Shown: positions 18,939 to 26,909 of the stretch, in pieces | Position numbering within the stretch: the stretch's first letter is position 1 | Layout of the letters: every line of letters starts with the position of its first letter | DNA from: Candidatus Hadarchaeota archaeon | GTDB taxonomy: Archaea > Hadarchaeota > Hadarchaeia > Hadarchaeales > Hadarchaeaceae | Direction: 5' to 3' | Assembly (NCBI GenBank): GCA_964514965.1 | Contig: CAZETV010000001.1 | Coordinates: forward strand, 90,001 to 122,000 | Length of the DNA: 32,000 nt | Notes under the pieces: generated by a model | What the model was told of the DNA's origin: nothing | Databases searched by the model: none | The model's input: the letters and a program-made list of their open reading frames with translations, nothing else | Program-made: the position numbers and the translations under genes

Positions 18939-21266
18939 CTATGGCACAATTATGCTGTCACTACTCTCGACGTTCGCAGTTGGGTCGTATGTCCAGCCAT
19001 CTTTGACGATATCGTCTACCACGAAAGTGTATGTAGTCCCGCTTGGGGGGTTCCTTATTTTGTCGGACTGCAACGTTACCTGACCGTTACTACCAGTTGC
19101 TCCAGAATCGGAATCGCTGGTCGCATTCTCCCAATGGCCATACACCGTGGCGGTTGGAACTGCAGCATTCACTTCGTCGACAACGGTCACTGTCGCTTGT
19201 GCATATGTGAATGGGCCTTGGCTCGCAAGCGCCATATCAATGCTGGAAACGTGCATACTTCCCGACGGCGTTCCACCGGTATTGTACACTTCGAATTCCC
19301 AGATTGCAAACGCGCCGCAAAGCATACCTTCCTGCCCGTACGGCATGCTTGATGGTCGTTGGGTCATGTTCAGCTTGATGTATCGTGCGTTTTGGGTGCT
19401 CAAGTCAATTTGGTCCCATGGTGAAGGTGGGCTCTTGATTTGTGTAGCGTTATTTTTGGTAGCGACTTGAGTCCAGTTCTGTGCGTCGTTCGAGACCGAT
19501 ATCGAGTACGAAGTTGCCCATAGCCCCCACTTTATGACGATTTTGTTAAATGTTGTAGGCGCTCCCAAGTCTAGCTGGAACCATTCGCTCAGGTCAGAGT
19601 AATCTGTCGACTCCCACCATATCTTCGAGCCCCATCGCGTCCAGGTGTCATCGTTGTCTACAGCCTTTTGTGGGCTGAAAGCGTCAATCGAATAATCAAT
19701 CGGCATTGTTGATAAAGCGGTCGTTGAAGCGGTGGCTGTTTTTCCTAGAGCAAGGTTGGGCGAACCGGGCGATGGAGTATAAGGTGGCGTGTTCTCTCTT
19801 ACCTCACCGTTGGGTGGAATCCCTGTGCTCAAACTCCCCTGTGCATTTGGAAGCTCGATTGCTACTGCGGAGTAAGATGGTACGGTCCAGGTGAACTGGC
19901 TGGAGACGCCAGTTATGTCCTCAGTTCGGAGGCCGTAACCCAGCACCCTGCCAGGCAAGTTGTCCGGCTCCGTTGGCCCGTCCAAAATCCAAGCTCGCGC
20001 AGTCGACTGAGGCGTCCAGTTCTGCAGATTGAACGTGGTTGTGATGTCGTTCACTGGGTCCTTGTTGATTAGGATTAGAGATAGCTTGTTCGTACTCGTG
20101 CTGGCGTATACGGCTAGGTCTTGGGTACTGGAAGTGCTCGAGACTAGGGTATCGCCGAAGAAGTACGTGTAGAGCTGCATAGCATAGTAAGCAACGTAGG
20201 GTCTGAAGTCCGGGGAGACATATCCGTAACTTGATTGCTTGATTGGATACGGGTTCTGCATGGCCCAGTAACCTGCATGGGTGACATTCTCTTCAATCAA
20301 TGTTCCAAGTAGATCCGCCTCCCATAGACCTTGCGGAAGGTAGTTTATCTGCCAGTCCGCTGGGTAGTAGGATATGGAGTTATACGATCCAGTGGTGTAC
20401 TCCACAGGCTTGGCCGGATCCTTGTACGTGTTGACGATGTTTTCCAAAAAGGAGAGCCATGTTCTAACACTGTTGTTGCCCCCGTAACTAGTGGTGTTGT
20501 GCAAAAGATCATCGTAGTACGCCTGCCTCTGGTCGTAGCTATACGACTTTGGGTCTATGAAGTATAAGTTGTGGTTATATACATCGATGTTCTGCCAAGA
20601 ATTCTTAACTACCGTATTCGTATTACCCCTCTCAGAGTTGTAACGGCAGGAAACGTCAGCCACGATTTTTATGGTCGGATCCACGGCCTTCATAGCTGGA
20701 GCGAATTCGTTTATTTTGGCAGAATACGCTGACCCTCTCAGTCCATTGTACCACGGTTCGTCGGCCAACTGCCAGTACGTGACGTTGTACCCCTTATCTT
20801 TCGAATACTGTACCCAACTCGTAGCTAAGTCAACCGATCCCTTAACGTTGACATCTACTTTGGGTTCCGCGCCGACCGCTTGGCAGAACGCTATGAATTG
20901 ATCGAAATTCTGCATAGTCGGGAGTGCAGGATCATTCCAGACAAAGTCGTTGCTCCAAGCACCGCCAGGGTAGACGATAAACTTTATCCCAGAATCTTTC
21001 ACTGTTTGTAGGTAATTCTCGTCAATTACTCCGTTCTGATAAATCAATTCGTCCCACGCGGCGGTATTCACTCCGTAGATGCGACTGTCGACCGCCTTTA
21101 TGGCATTTGTGGCATTTACTGTAACTGTCGCCGTTGAAGCGGATGCCACGCCTGCTGATCCTACAGCTGAGTAAACTGCTAGGCTGGAAATAGTTGCTAT
21201 TACTACTGCGAAAGTCAGAAATTTAAATGCATTAATTTTTTCATCCTCCTTTTGGGTTTTGCACAA
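18939..21266 (-). CDS. Secreted multidomain glycoside hydrolase: signal peptide, clan GH-A-like TIM barrel plus beta-sandwich, F5/8 type C (discoidin/CBM32) domain, and a C-terminal beta-sandwich module
   Basis: The N-terminal hydrophobic signal is FLTFAVVIATISSLAVYSAVGSAGVASA. Catalytic-region motifs are RIYGVNTAAWD, FIVYPGGAWSNDFVW and VTYWQLADEPW (the position of the clan-A xNEP acid/base motif, here DEP). The discoidin region is NLALGKTATAS...KAVDNDDTWTRW...EWFQLDLG...IKWG..ATSYSISVSNDAQNWTQV. GH family and substrate are not assignable by eye, and the start codon is uncertain (see findings). Confidence 0.7.
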   Translation of the reverse strand: MCKTQKEDEKINAFKFLTFAVVIATISSLAVYSAVGSAGVASASTATVTVNATNAIKAVDSRIYGVNTAAWDELIYQNGVIDENYLQTVKDSGIKFIVYPGGAWSNDFVWNDPALPTMQNFDQFIAFCQAVGAEPKVDVNVKGSVDLATSWVQYSKDKGYNVTYWQLADEPWYNGLRGSAYSAKINEFAPAMKAVDPTIKIVADVSCRYNSERGNTNTVVKNSWQNIDVYNHNLYFIDPKSYSYDQRQAYYDDLLHNTTSYGGNNSVRTWLSFLENIVNTYKDPAKPVEYTTGSYNSISYYPADWQINYLPQGLWEADLLGTLIEENVTHAGYWAMQNPYPIKQSSYGYVSPDFRPYVAYYAMQLYTYFFGDTLVSSTSSTQDLAVYASTSTNKLSLILINKDPVNDITTTFNLQNWTPQSTARAWILDGPTEPDNLPGRVLGYGLRTEDITGVSSQFTWTVPSYSAVAIELPNAQGSLSTGIPPNGEVRENTPPYTPSPGSPNLALGKTATASTTALSTMPIDYSIDAFSPQKAVDNDDTWTRWGSKIWWESTDYSDLSEWFQLDLGAPTTFNKIVIKWGLWATSYSISVSNDAQNWTQVATKNNATQIKSPPSPWDQIDLSTQNARYIKLNMTQRPSSMPYGQEGMLCGAFAIWEFEVYNTGGTPSGSMHVSSIDMALASQGPFTYAQATVTVVDEVNAAVPTATVYGHWENATSDSDSGATGSNGQVTLQSDKIRNPPSGTTYTFVVDDIVKDGWTYDPTANVESSDSIIVP

Positions 21267-21481
21267 TTATTTTGGTTCTTCACTATTTAAGTCTTATTAT
21301 GCATTAATTCAATCAATTTTTTCTTATAATTAGCATTATTTTTAATTAATTTTCTTTCAAAAAGTTAGAAATAATAAAAACGCATTTATTATAATTTTTT
21401 TCTAATTTTTTTTGAGCAAAAAAAAGTATTTAAAACACTAAAATATAGTAAAATACGTACAAAAAAGGAGGAGGATAAAGT
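21267..21481. promoter_or_regulatory. Very AT-rich divergent promoter region between the GH and CE4 genes
   Basis: The 215 bp are almost devoid of G/C and hold many TATA-like tracts. Strong SD sites sit at both edges: GGAGGAGGA at 21467-21475, 6 nt before ATG 21482, and AAAGGAGGA on the minus strand at about 21252..21244. Confidence 0.45.
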
Positions 21482-22276
21482 ATGAAAAAGTTTTTTGGAT
21501 CAGTTTTAATTGTAGTGCTTGCCGTAGGATTTCTGGGCGTGTCAGCGACTGTTGGACCAATATCTGCACAGGTTCTAAGCTGGGATTTCGAGTGCCACAC
21601 GCAAAGCCATCCATGGCTGGACCGATTAACCGATAGCGAAATCCGTGCACAGTATGAAATGGTAAACGCCGCATTCGTAGCACACGGTCTTGCTATTCCA
21701 AAGCACACCGCTTATCCGGGTGGAAGACTTGACCACAAGGGTAGAGTCGTAGCAGTAACTTCAGAATATAGACTCACTGGCAGAGTTGTCTATGGCGAAT
21801 ATAATACCTGGCCTTGGAGTGACTGGTATCACTTGCAGGCCGCGCAGTTGAAAAAAAACACGTCAAATAATACAATGAAAAGTTGGATAGATACGGCCGT
21901 GGCGGACGGTTCATGGTTGGTCGTATTGTCTCACGATGTGAAGGCGAACCCGACGATTTACGGATGCACCCCGGAGCAGCTCGCTTATTTCCTTGACTAC
22001 GCTGTCCAGAAGCAAAATGAAGGTGCGCTGCAGATACTGACGTTGGCAGATGCTTACGATGTCTGGTCAGGCTCGACCCAACCAAAAGCCACTGTGACAT
22101 TCACCTTCGATGATGGATGGGTGACCGACTACGAGAACGTGTACCCGATGTTTAAACAGCGCAATATAGCAGGTACGAGTTACATCATTACTGGCGCAAT
22201 CGAAAATGCAGCGTGGGACGACACAGCGCAACGCTTAACTTGGAGCATGGTAGGAACCATGGCAAACTGGCTATAA
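21482..22276 (+). CDS. Secreted polysaccharide deacetylase (CE4/NodB homology) with a rotated motif order
   Basis: The signal peptide is MKKFFGSVLIVVLAVGFLGVSATVGPISA. NodB motifs are present as CHTQSHP (aa 38-44), AYPGG (77-81), VVLSHD (147-152) and TFTFDDG (206-212). Confidence 0.75.
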   Translation: MKKFFGSVLIVVLAVGFLGVSATVGPISAQVLSWDFECHTQSHPWLDRLTDSEIRAQYEMVNAAFVAHGLAIPKHTAYPGGRLDHKGRVVAVTSEYRLTGRVVYGEYNTWPWSDWYHLQAAQLKKNTSNNTMKSWIDTAVADGSWLVVLSHDVKANPTIYGCTPEQLAYFLDYAVQKQNEGALQILTLADAYDVWSGSTQPKATVTFTFDDGWVTDYENVYPMFKQRNIAGTSYIITGAIENAAWDDTAQRLTWSMVGTMANWL

Positions 22277-22291
22277 ATTGGAGGTTGAAGT

Positions 22292-22335
22292 GGGGGGAGT
22301 TTAATCTCCCCCTTCTTTTTATTGTTTTATTTTTT
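22292..22335 (+). terminator. Hairpin plus T-tract terminator downstream of the CE4 gene (it lies between convergent genes)
   Basis: The hairpin GGGGGAG-TTTAAT-CTCCCCC starts about 16 nt after the TAA stop. Its perfect 7-bp stem pairs 22293-22299 with 22306-22312. It is followed by TTCTTTTTATTGTTTTATTTTTTC. Confidence 0.65.
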
Positions 22336-22347
22336 CATTGTTTTAAA

Positions 22348-23502
22348 TTAAAATTTAAATTTGTTCAAGTTCTCAAATGCAATCTCGCCACCGACAATCG
22401 TCTTCATTACATTTAATTTTTTATCCAAAATAACAAGGTCCGCGCGTTTTCCAACTTCGATACTCCCGATTTCATCGTCGACTTTTATGTCCTTGGCAGG
22501 GTTTACTGTCATCATGGCTACGGCGTCCTTAAGTGATATTCCAAGTTTAAACACTAAATTGCGTAAGGCTTTATCTAAAGTTAAATTGCTTCCGGCCAGA
22601 GTACCGTCGGGAAGCCTAACTTCGCCATTCTTCACATGCAATTCATATCTGTTCTTGTATACGCCATCGGGCATATCTGTAGCGCGTATAGCGTCTGTCA
22701 CGATGATAACTTTATCTTTTGGCTTTAGCTTGCAGACTAACCGGGTTGTTGATAGGTGCACATGAACAAGGTCCATGATAAGTTCCACCGAAACTTTTGG
22801 ATTTTCCAAAACAGCACCTAAAATCCCGGGTTCTCTATGGTGGTACGCGCGCATAGCGTTAAACAAATGAGTAGCATGACTTGCTCCTGCCTTTATGCCG
22901 GCTAATGCTTCTTTGTATGTAGCGTTTGAATGACCAATGGATACTGTAATGCCTAGCAAAGAAGCATGTTTTATGAGTTCAATTGCTCCGGGTATTTCTG
23001 GGGCTATCGTTGTCAACTTAACGGTTTTTTTTGAAGCATTCCAGAGTTCATCAAATTCATCTATGTTTGGCTTTCGTAAATTTTCGGCCATCATTGCGCC
23101 GGGTTTTTTCGGGTTTAGAAACGGTCCCTCCAAGTGTGCCCCTAGCGATCTAGCGTTTGATTTCTTGCTAACATTAATCATTTTCAAAACATTCTTTATG
23201 TGATCAAGAGGAGCTGCATCCAAAGTGGGACAAAAGGCAGTTACACCATGATTTACTAATAATTTTTTCATCTTATCAATTGACTTAACCGTAGCGTCCA
23301 TCACATCTACACCTGCAATCCCGTGAGTGTGCACATCTACAAAACCAGGGACAATTATTGATTCGGAGAAATCTGAAGAAATTTTTTCATTTCCTCGCTT
23401 CCTTACTTCTGTTATTATGCCGTTCTCTACAGTGATAACGCCATTTTTTATTTTTTTAAAAGGGGTAATTATCTCGCCGGCAGATAAGGAAAAGGACCTC
23501 AA
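22348..23502 (-). CDS. nagA: N-acetylglucosamine-6-phosphate deacetylase
   Basis: Motifs are PGFVDVHTHG, LGAHLEGPFLNPKKPGAM, SIGHSNATYKEALAGIKAGASHATHLFNAM, REPGILGAVL, VTDAIRA and DGTLAGSNLTLDKALRNLV. It is colinear with E. coli NagA from memory. TTG is the only in-frame start after the upstream stop. Confidence 0.88.
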   Translation of the reverse strand: MRSFSLSAGEIITPFKKIKNGVITVENGIITEVRKRGNEKISSDFSESIIVPGFVDVHTHGIAGVDVMDATVKSIDKMKKLLVNHGVTAFCPTLDAAPLDHIKNVLKMINVSKKSNARSLGAHLEGPFLNPKKPGAMMAENLRKPNIDEFDELWNASKKTVKLTTIAPEIPGAIELIKHASLLGITVSIGHSNATYKEALAGIKAGASHATHLFNAMRAYHHREPGILGAVLENPKVSVELIMDLVHVHLSTTRLVCKLKPKDKVIIVTDAIRATDMPDGVYKNRYELHVKNGEVRLPDGTLAGSNLTLDKALRNLVFKLGISLKDAVAMMTVNPAKDIKVDDEIGSIEVGKRADLVILDKKLNVMKTIVGGEIAFENLNKFKF

Positions 23503-23814
23503 TTGATCATCTCCACAAAATTAGACATGATGAGTTTTGCCATGCCGCATCCATTCTGTTTATACCGGCCACGTTAGAGTTCGCATACAAGGGGTTCGAA
23601 TAATTTGTTTTCATCTTTGTATCCTCGTTGGCAGTTGGTCCCTGTTTATTAAAAATATTTCTGCCGGAATCGCTTTTCAATTAGAGCTATGGGGCACGAA
23701 TTTTAAATAAAATCTTGAAATAAGTTTGATTTTGCACGAAAAATCACGTGATACACAAACTTTTTATAACTTAGACATTAAACTATTGAGGAATTTGAAT
23801 TCAGGGGAAAAATC

Positions 23815-24570
23815 ATGACAGCTGACCAATACTTCGAGGCTATCGGCGAGGTCCTGAAAAAAATTCGTTTAACTCAATCCGAGAATATTAAAAAAGCCGC
23901 TCAAGCGATGGCGGATTCTATTGCTCAAGGGGGAGTTGTCCACATGTTCGGTAGCGGGCATTCAGTGATACCAGTCCTCGACATCTTTCCCCGTTATGGC
24001 AGCTATCCCGGTTTTCATCCACTGTTGGATCCGCGGTTGATGTGGTTCAATATAATCGGTCCGGGAGGAGTTCAAGAGTTGCTTTGGCTGGAGCGACAAA
24101 AGGGGTATGCGGACATTCTTCTCAAACGTAACAAGCTTAAGGACAAAGATGTCATGTTGGTTTTCTCCCATGGTGGCATTAATGCCGTGCCTGTGGAGAT
24201 GGCACTTGGAGCCAAGAAAGCAGGTCTCTTCGTGGTCGCGGTTACTTCGATGGAAAACCAAAAGAAAATTTCCGACACTCATCGCGGGAAAAGACTATGC
24301 GATATAGCGGATATCACGATTGATAATTGTGTACCTTTCGAGGATGCGTTGGTAAAACTTGAGGGGCACCGAGAGCCATTTGCAGCTGGATCAACGGTGA
24401 CAGGGGTTGTCATCGCCATGGCGTTGGTGGCGGAGATATCAAAAATCCTAGTTGATAAAGGCGTGCCTCTAAAAGTGTTTGTCTCACCGAATGTCGAAGA
24501 AATACCCAAGACCCATAATGAAGAAGTTTTTGAAGCCTACGAAAAAATGATGAAGGGACGGGGCGAATAG
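23815..24570 (+). CDS. Single-SIS-domain sugar-phosphate-binding protein (UPF0309-like), function unassigned
   Basis: It is 251 aa. GGVVHMFGSGHS is followed by DVMLVFSHGGINAVPVEMALGAKKAGLFVVAVTS, which is the typical SIS Rossmann-like core. It is divergent from nagA. Confidence 0.7.
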   Translation: MTADQYFEAIGEVLKKIRLTQSENIKKAAQAMADSIAQGGVVHMFGSGHSVIPVLDIFPRYGSYPGFHPLLDPRLMWFNIIGPGGVQELLWLERQKGYADILLKRNKLKDKDVMLVFSHGGINAVPVEMALGAKKAGLFVVAVTSMENQKKISDTHRGKRLCDIADITIDNCVPFEDALVKLEGHREPFAAGSTVTGVVIAMALVAEISKILVDKGVPLKVFVSPNVEEIPKTHNEEVFEAYEKMMKGRGE

Positions 24571-24682
24571 AATATCGGAAGTATTCGTCTTCGGGTTCCC
24601 AAGAGAAAGTATAGGGTTTTGAATCTTAAAGGGTTCTCATGCTGAAAATAGAGCAGTGATTATCGTTATACCTTACGCGTTT

Positions 24683-25645
24683 TCAAAAATATACCGGCTT
24701 AATAACCACTTGCCATTTCCTATTTGCCGACGCTCCGATTCTTACGATTCCAACCTTTTGGTCAAAACTTTCCTGCATTTCGTGATCGTCGAGCCCTTGG
24801 CAGGGTTCCAGACAAATAAATTTGCGGCCAACTTCCGACCAGATGGTCAAAAAGGGAAAGTCCTCAAAATTGATTTCCACTCCCCTTTTGATTTTCGGAT
24901 TGTAAAATTCACAATTGCGAAGTTCCTTCTTTTCTATTTCCAACATAATCGTACTTTCAAGTTCTTTCTCAGTCCATGCGAAAGGGCCATCGATGTCGAA
25001 ATCTTCAGTTTCTCCGGTTAATCTACAATTCTCGTTATTGAAATAGCGCCGATATCTCCCGTTTTTGAAAATTATCTGCAAATCTTCTTTTTTGCTTTCG
25101 AAGTCGGGAAAAGTCGTGCTAAAGCCGGGGTGCCAACCTAGAGAGAAAAAAATATCTCTCGTCTCTTCCATGTTGGTGACATCAAACTCGGCAGATAGTT
25201 CATTTCCCACCAACGAGTAAATGATGTCCAGCCTGAAATTGAACGGATAGTATTTTCTTGTCTCATCGTTTGCCTCAAGGCGGTACTGAATGCGCGCAGA
25301 GTTTTCATCACTATAATTGACTACTTCAAAAGTGGAATGGCGAGCAAAACCATGATTGCCCCGACTGGTTATTTTTATATCATCAAGCCAACTCTCATTA
25401 TTTTTAAGTCCTCCAACGTGAGGAAAAAGAACCGTGGCATGATTTTTCCATCCCCCTTCTGGTGGAGGAGAATCATTATTGTCGTTCCAAAGTAAAGGAA
25501 TCGTTCTTTTGTTTTCTTTGTCCCACACTCGGTAACTAATTACTTCGGCCCCCAATCTTTTGACGATTACATGAGAATTTTCTTTTTTGTTCGTCAGTTT
25601 GTCGAATTTGTCTCCTATTTCAATAGAATAATTTGACATTGCCAT
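24683..25645 (-). CDS. Aldose 1-epimerase (galactose mutarotase-fold) family protein
   Basis: Motifs are VLFPHVGG, GNHGFARHSTFEV and LGWHPGF. The protein is 320 aa. An SD GAGAGGA lies 5 nt upstream, and the gene starts 17 nt after the PFK stop. Confidence 0.7.
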   Translation of the reverse strand: MAMSNYSIEIGDKFDKLTNKKENSHVIVKRLGAEVISYRVWDKENKRTIPLLWNDNNDSPPPEGGWKNHATVLFPHVGGLKNNESWLDDIKITSRGNHGFARHSTFEVVNYSDENSARIQYRLEANDETRKYYPFNFRLDIIYSLVGNELSAEFDVTNMEETRDIFFSLGWHPGFSTTFPDFESKKEDLQIIFKNGRYRRYFNNENCRLTGETEDFDIDGPFAWTEKELESTIMLEIEKKELRNCEFYNPKIKRGVEINFEDFPFLTIWSEVGRKFICLEPCQGLDDHEMQESFDQKVGIVRIGASANRKWQVVIKPVYF

Positions 25646-25662
25646 TTATTCCTCTCTTTTAC

Positions 25663-26868
25663 TCACTTTGTCACTGCTTTGGCTTTCAATTCAGCATAAT
25701 GAGGAATTTCCCCGACCAAGGGTCTGATGTAATCAAGAAATTCACTGGTAACGAAAAAACCGTCGCTAGAAATGTAATTGTCCGGCATGGGCTTGGTTTT
25801 TATCGCCACCTCTTCCAAAGAGATCGTTCCAGTTTGGCACAGGTAAGGGTGGGTACTCTTCCTTTCCAAAGTGACCATCACGCCAGATTTCCCTTCAACG
25901 GCCAATTTTACAGCTTGTGAGCCGACTAGATAAGCCTCCTCTCGGTCTGCTTCAACCATCCTATCCGCGCAGCACATCGGTAACGACTCGGTAATCTGAA
26001 ACTCTCCGCGCCAGCCAAATTCAGAAGTTATTATCTTGTGAAGAACAATGGCAGCGGAAGTTCCGCCCATCGCTCCAAACTCAACATTGCCGAATTTATC
26101 TTTAATAGCAGATGCCGAAATGGGGCTACCATCTTCCCAGACGATTCCTTCGCCACACACTATAGACACAAAGCCGTATTTATCATAAGACTCTTTGACA
26201 GCTTTTAGGAAATTTTCTTTATTTAACGGTCTTTCTGGAATAATGATGAGGTGGGGTGCATCCGATTCTTTTTCCTTAGCGACCGCCGCTGAGGCAGCAA
26301 GCCAGCCGGAATCCCTACCAATTGACTGGTAGATAACAAACTGATCTACTTTTTGCATATCCCTAGCCAAGACTCCCTCCTGTTTGATTGAAAGGACTGT
26401 AAATCTTGCTGCCGTTGGAAAGCCGGGAGCGTGGTCTGTGCCAAAAAGGTCGTTATCTACAGTTTTGGGTATTCCAACACAAATGATTTTATGTCCTTCT
26501 TTAGAGCAATATTCTTCAATCTTATGGACGGTATGCATGGTGTCATTACCGCCAATCATCAAAAAATACCCGATATTGAATTTTTTAAGCATCTCCAAAA
26601 TTCGTGGAAGATCATCCTCTTTGACCTTGTGACGAGAGGAGCCCAAGGCGGAAGAAGGAGTGTCTCGCAGCCTTTTGATGGTTTCTTCATCTTCGCGCCG
26701 GAAATCAATAATATTTTTCTGCATGAACCCTTCAATGCCAAAACGCATTCCGTATATTCCTTCTATTTCTTCATGTTTTTTTGCTTCTTGGATTACACCA
26801 CATAAACTAGAGTTAATTACGCAGGTCGGACCGCCAGACTGGCCTATTATTAAATTACTCCTAAACAT
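25663..26868 (-). CDS. PFK-A family 6-phosphofructokinase, probably pyrophosphate-dependent
   Basis: Motifs are IIGQSGGPTCVINS, MIGGNDTMHT and VGIPKTVDNDL. The protein is 401 aa. Asp and Lys occupy the positions that are Gly104 and Gly124 in E. coli PfkA. Confidence 0.85.
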   Translation of the reverse strand: MFRSNLIIGQSGGPTCVINSSLCGVIQEAKKHEEIEGIYGMRFGIEGFMQKNIIDFRREDEETIKRLRDTPSSALGSSRHKVKEDDLPRILEMLKKFNIGYFLMIGGNDTMHTVHKIEEYCSKEGHKIICVGIPKTVDNDLFGTDHAPGFPTAARFTVLSIKQEGVLARDMQKVDQFVIYQSIGRDSGWLAASAAVAKEKESDAPHLIIIPERPLNKENFLKAVKESYDKYGFVSIVCGEGIVWEDGSPISASAIKDKFGNVEFGAMGGTSAAIVLHKIITSEFGWRGEFQITESLPMCCADRMVEADREEAYLVGSQAVKLAVEGKSGVMVTLERKSTHPYLCQTGTISLEEVAIKTKPMPDNYISSDGFFVTSEFLDYIRPLVGEIPHYAELKAKAVTK

Positions 26869-26909
26869 GCTTGCCTCTTTTAATTATTGAAGTTATTTTT
26901 TATACTTTT

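Noticed and set aside
21430-21708. Two overlapping minus-strand ORFs (92 and 81 aa) reaching into the AT-rich GH/CE4 spacer.
   Set aside because: They are antisense to the 5' end of the CE4 gene. Their starts fall in promoter DNA and their translations look like shadow-frame products.
23527-23533. An ATGATGA C-box-like sequence, a possible archaeal C/D box sRNA. Another copy is at about 24546.
   Set aside because: There is no CTGA D box or C'/D' pair at an appropriate 50-70 nt distance on the same strand.
23593-23601. A GGTTCGAAT T-loop-like motif that might indicate a tRNA.
   Set aside because: The flanking bases cannot form the 5-bp T-stem (AGGGG versus AATTT). No acceptor or anticodon arms can be drawn around it.
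23507-23614. A 35-codon minus-strand uORF (MKTNYSNPLYANSNVAGINRMDAAWQNSSCLILWR). It has a GAGGA about 7 nt upstream and ends 4 nt before the nagA TTG start.
   Set aside because: There is no conservation evidence and the peptide is unremarkable. An ORF of this size is expected by chance in a 312-bp spacer. It is only worth revisiting if Ribo-seq data exist.
24593-24635. GGGTT(C/T) repeated three times at 17-21 bp spacing between the SIS and epimerase-like genes. TAGGGTT is also shared with the arms of the 27800-27847 hairpin.
   Set aside because: The motif is short, the copy number is low and the orientation is inconsistent. It is compatible with chance. I see no support for a nag regulator site without comparative data.
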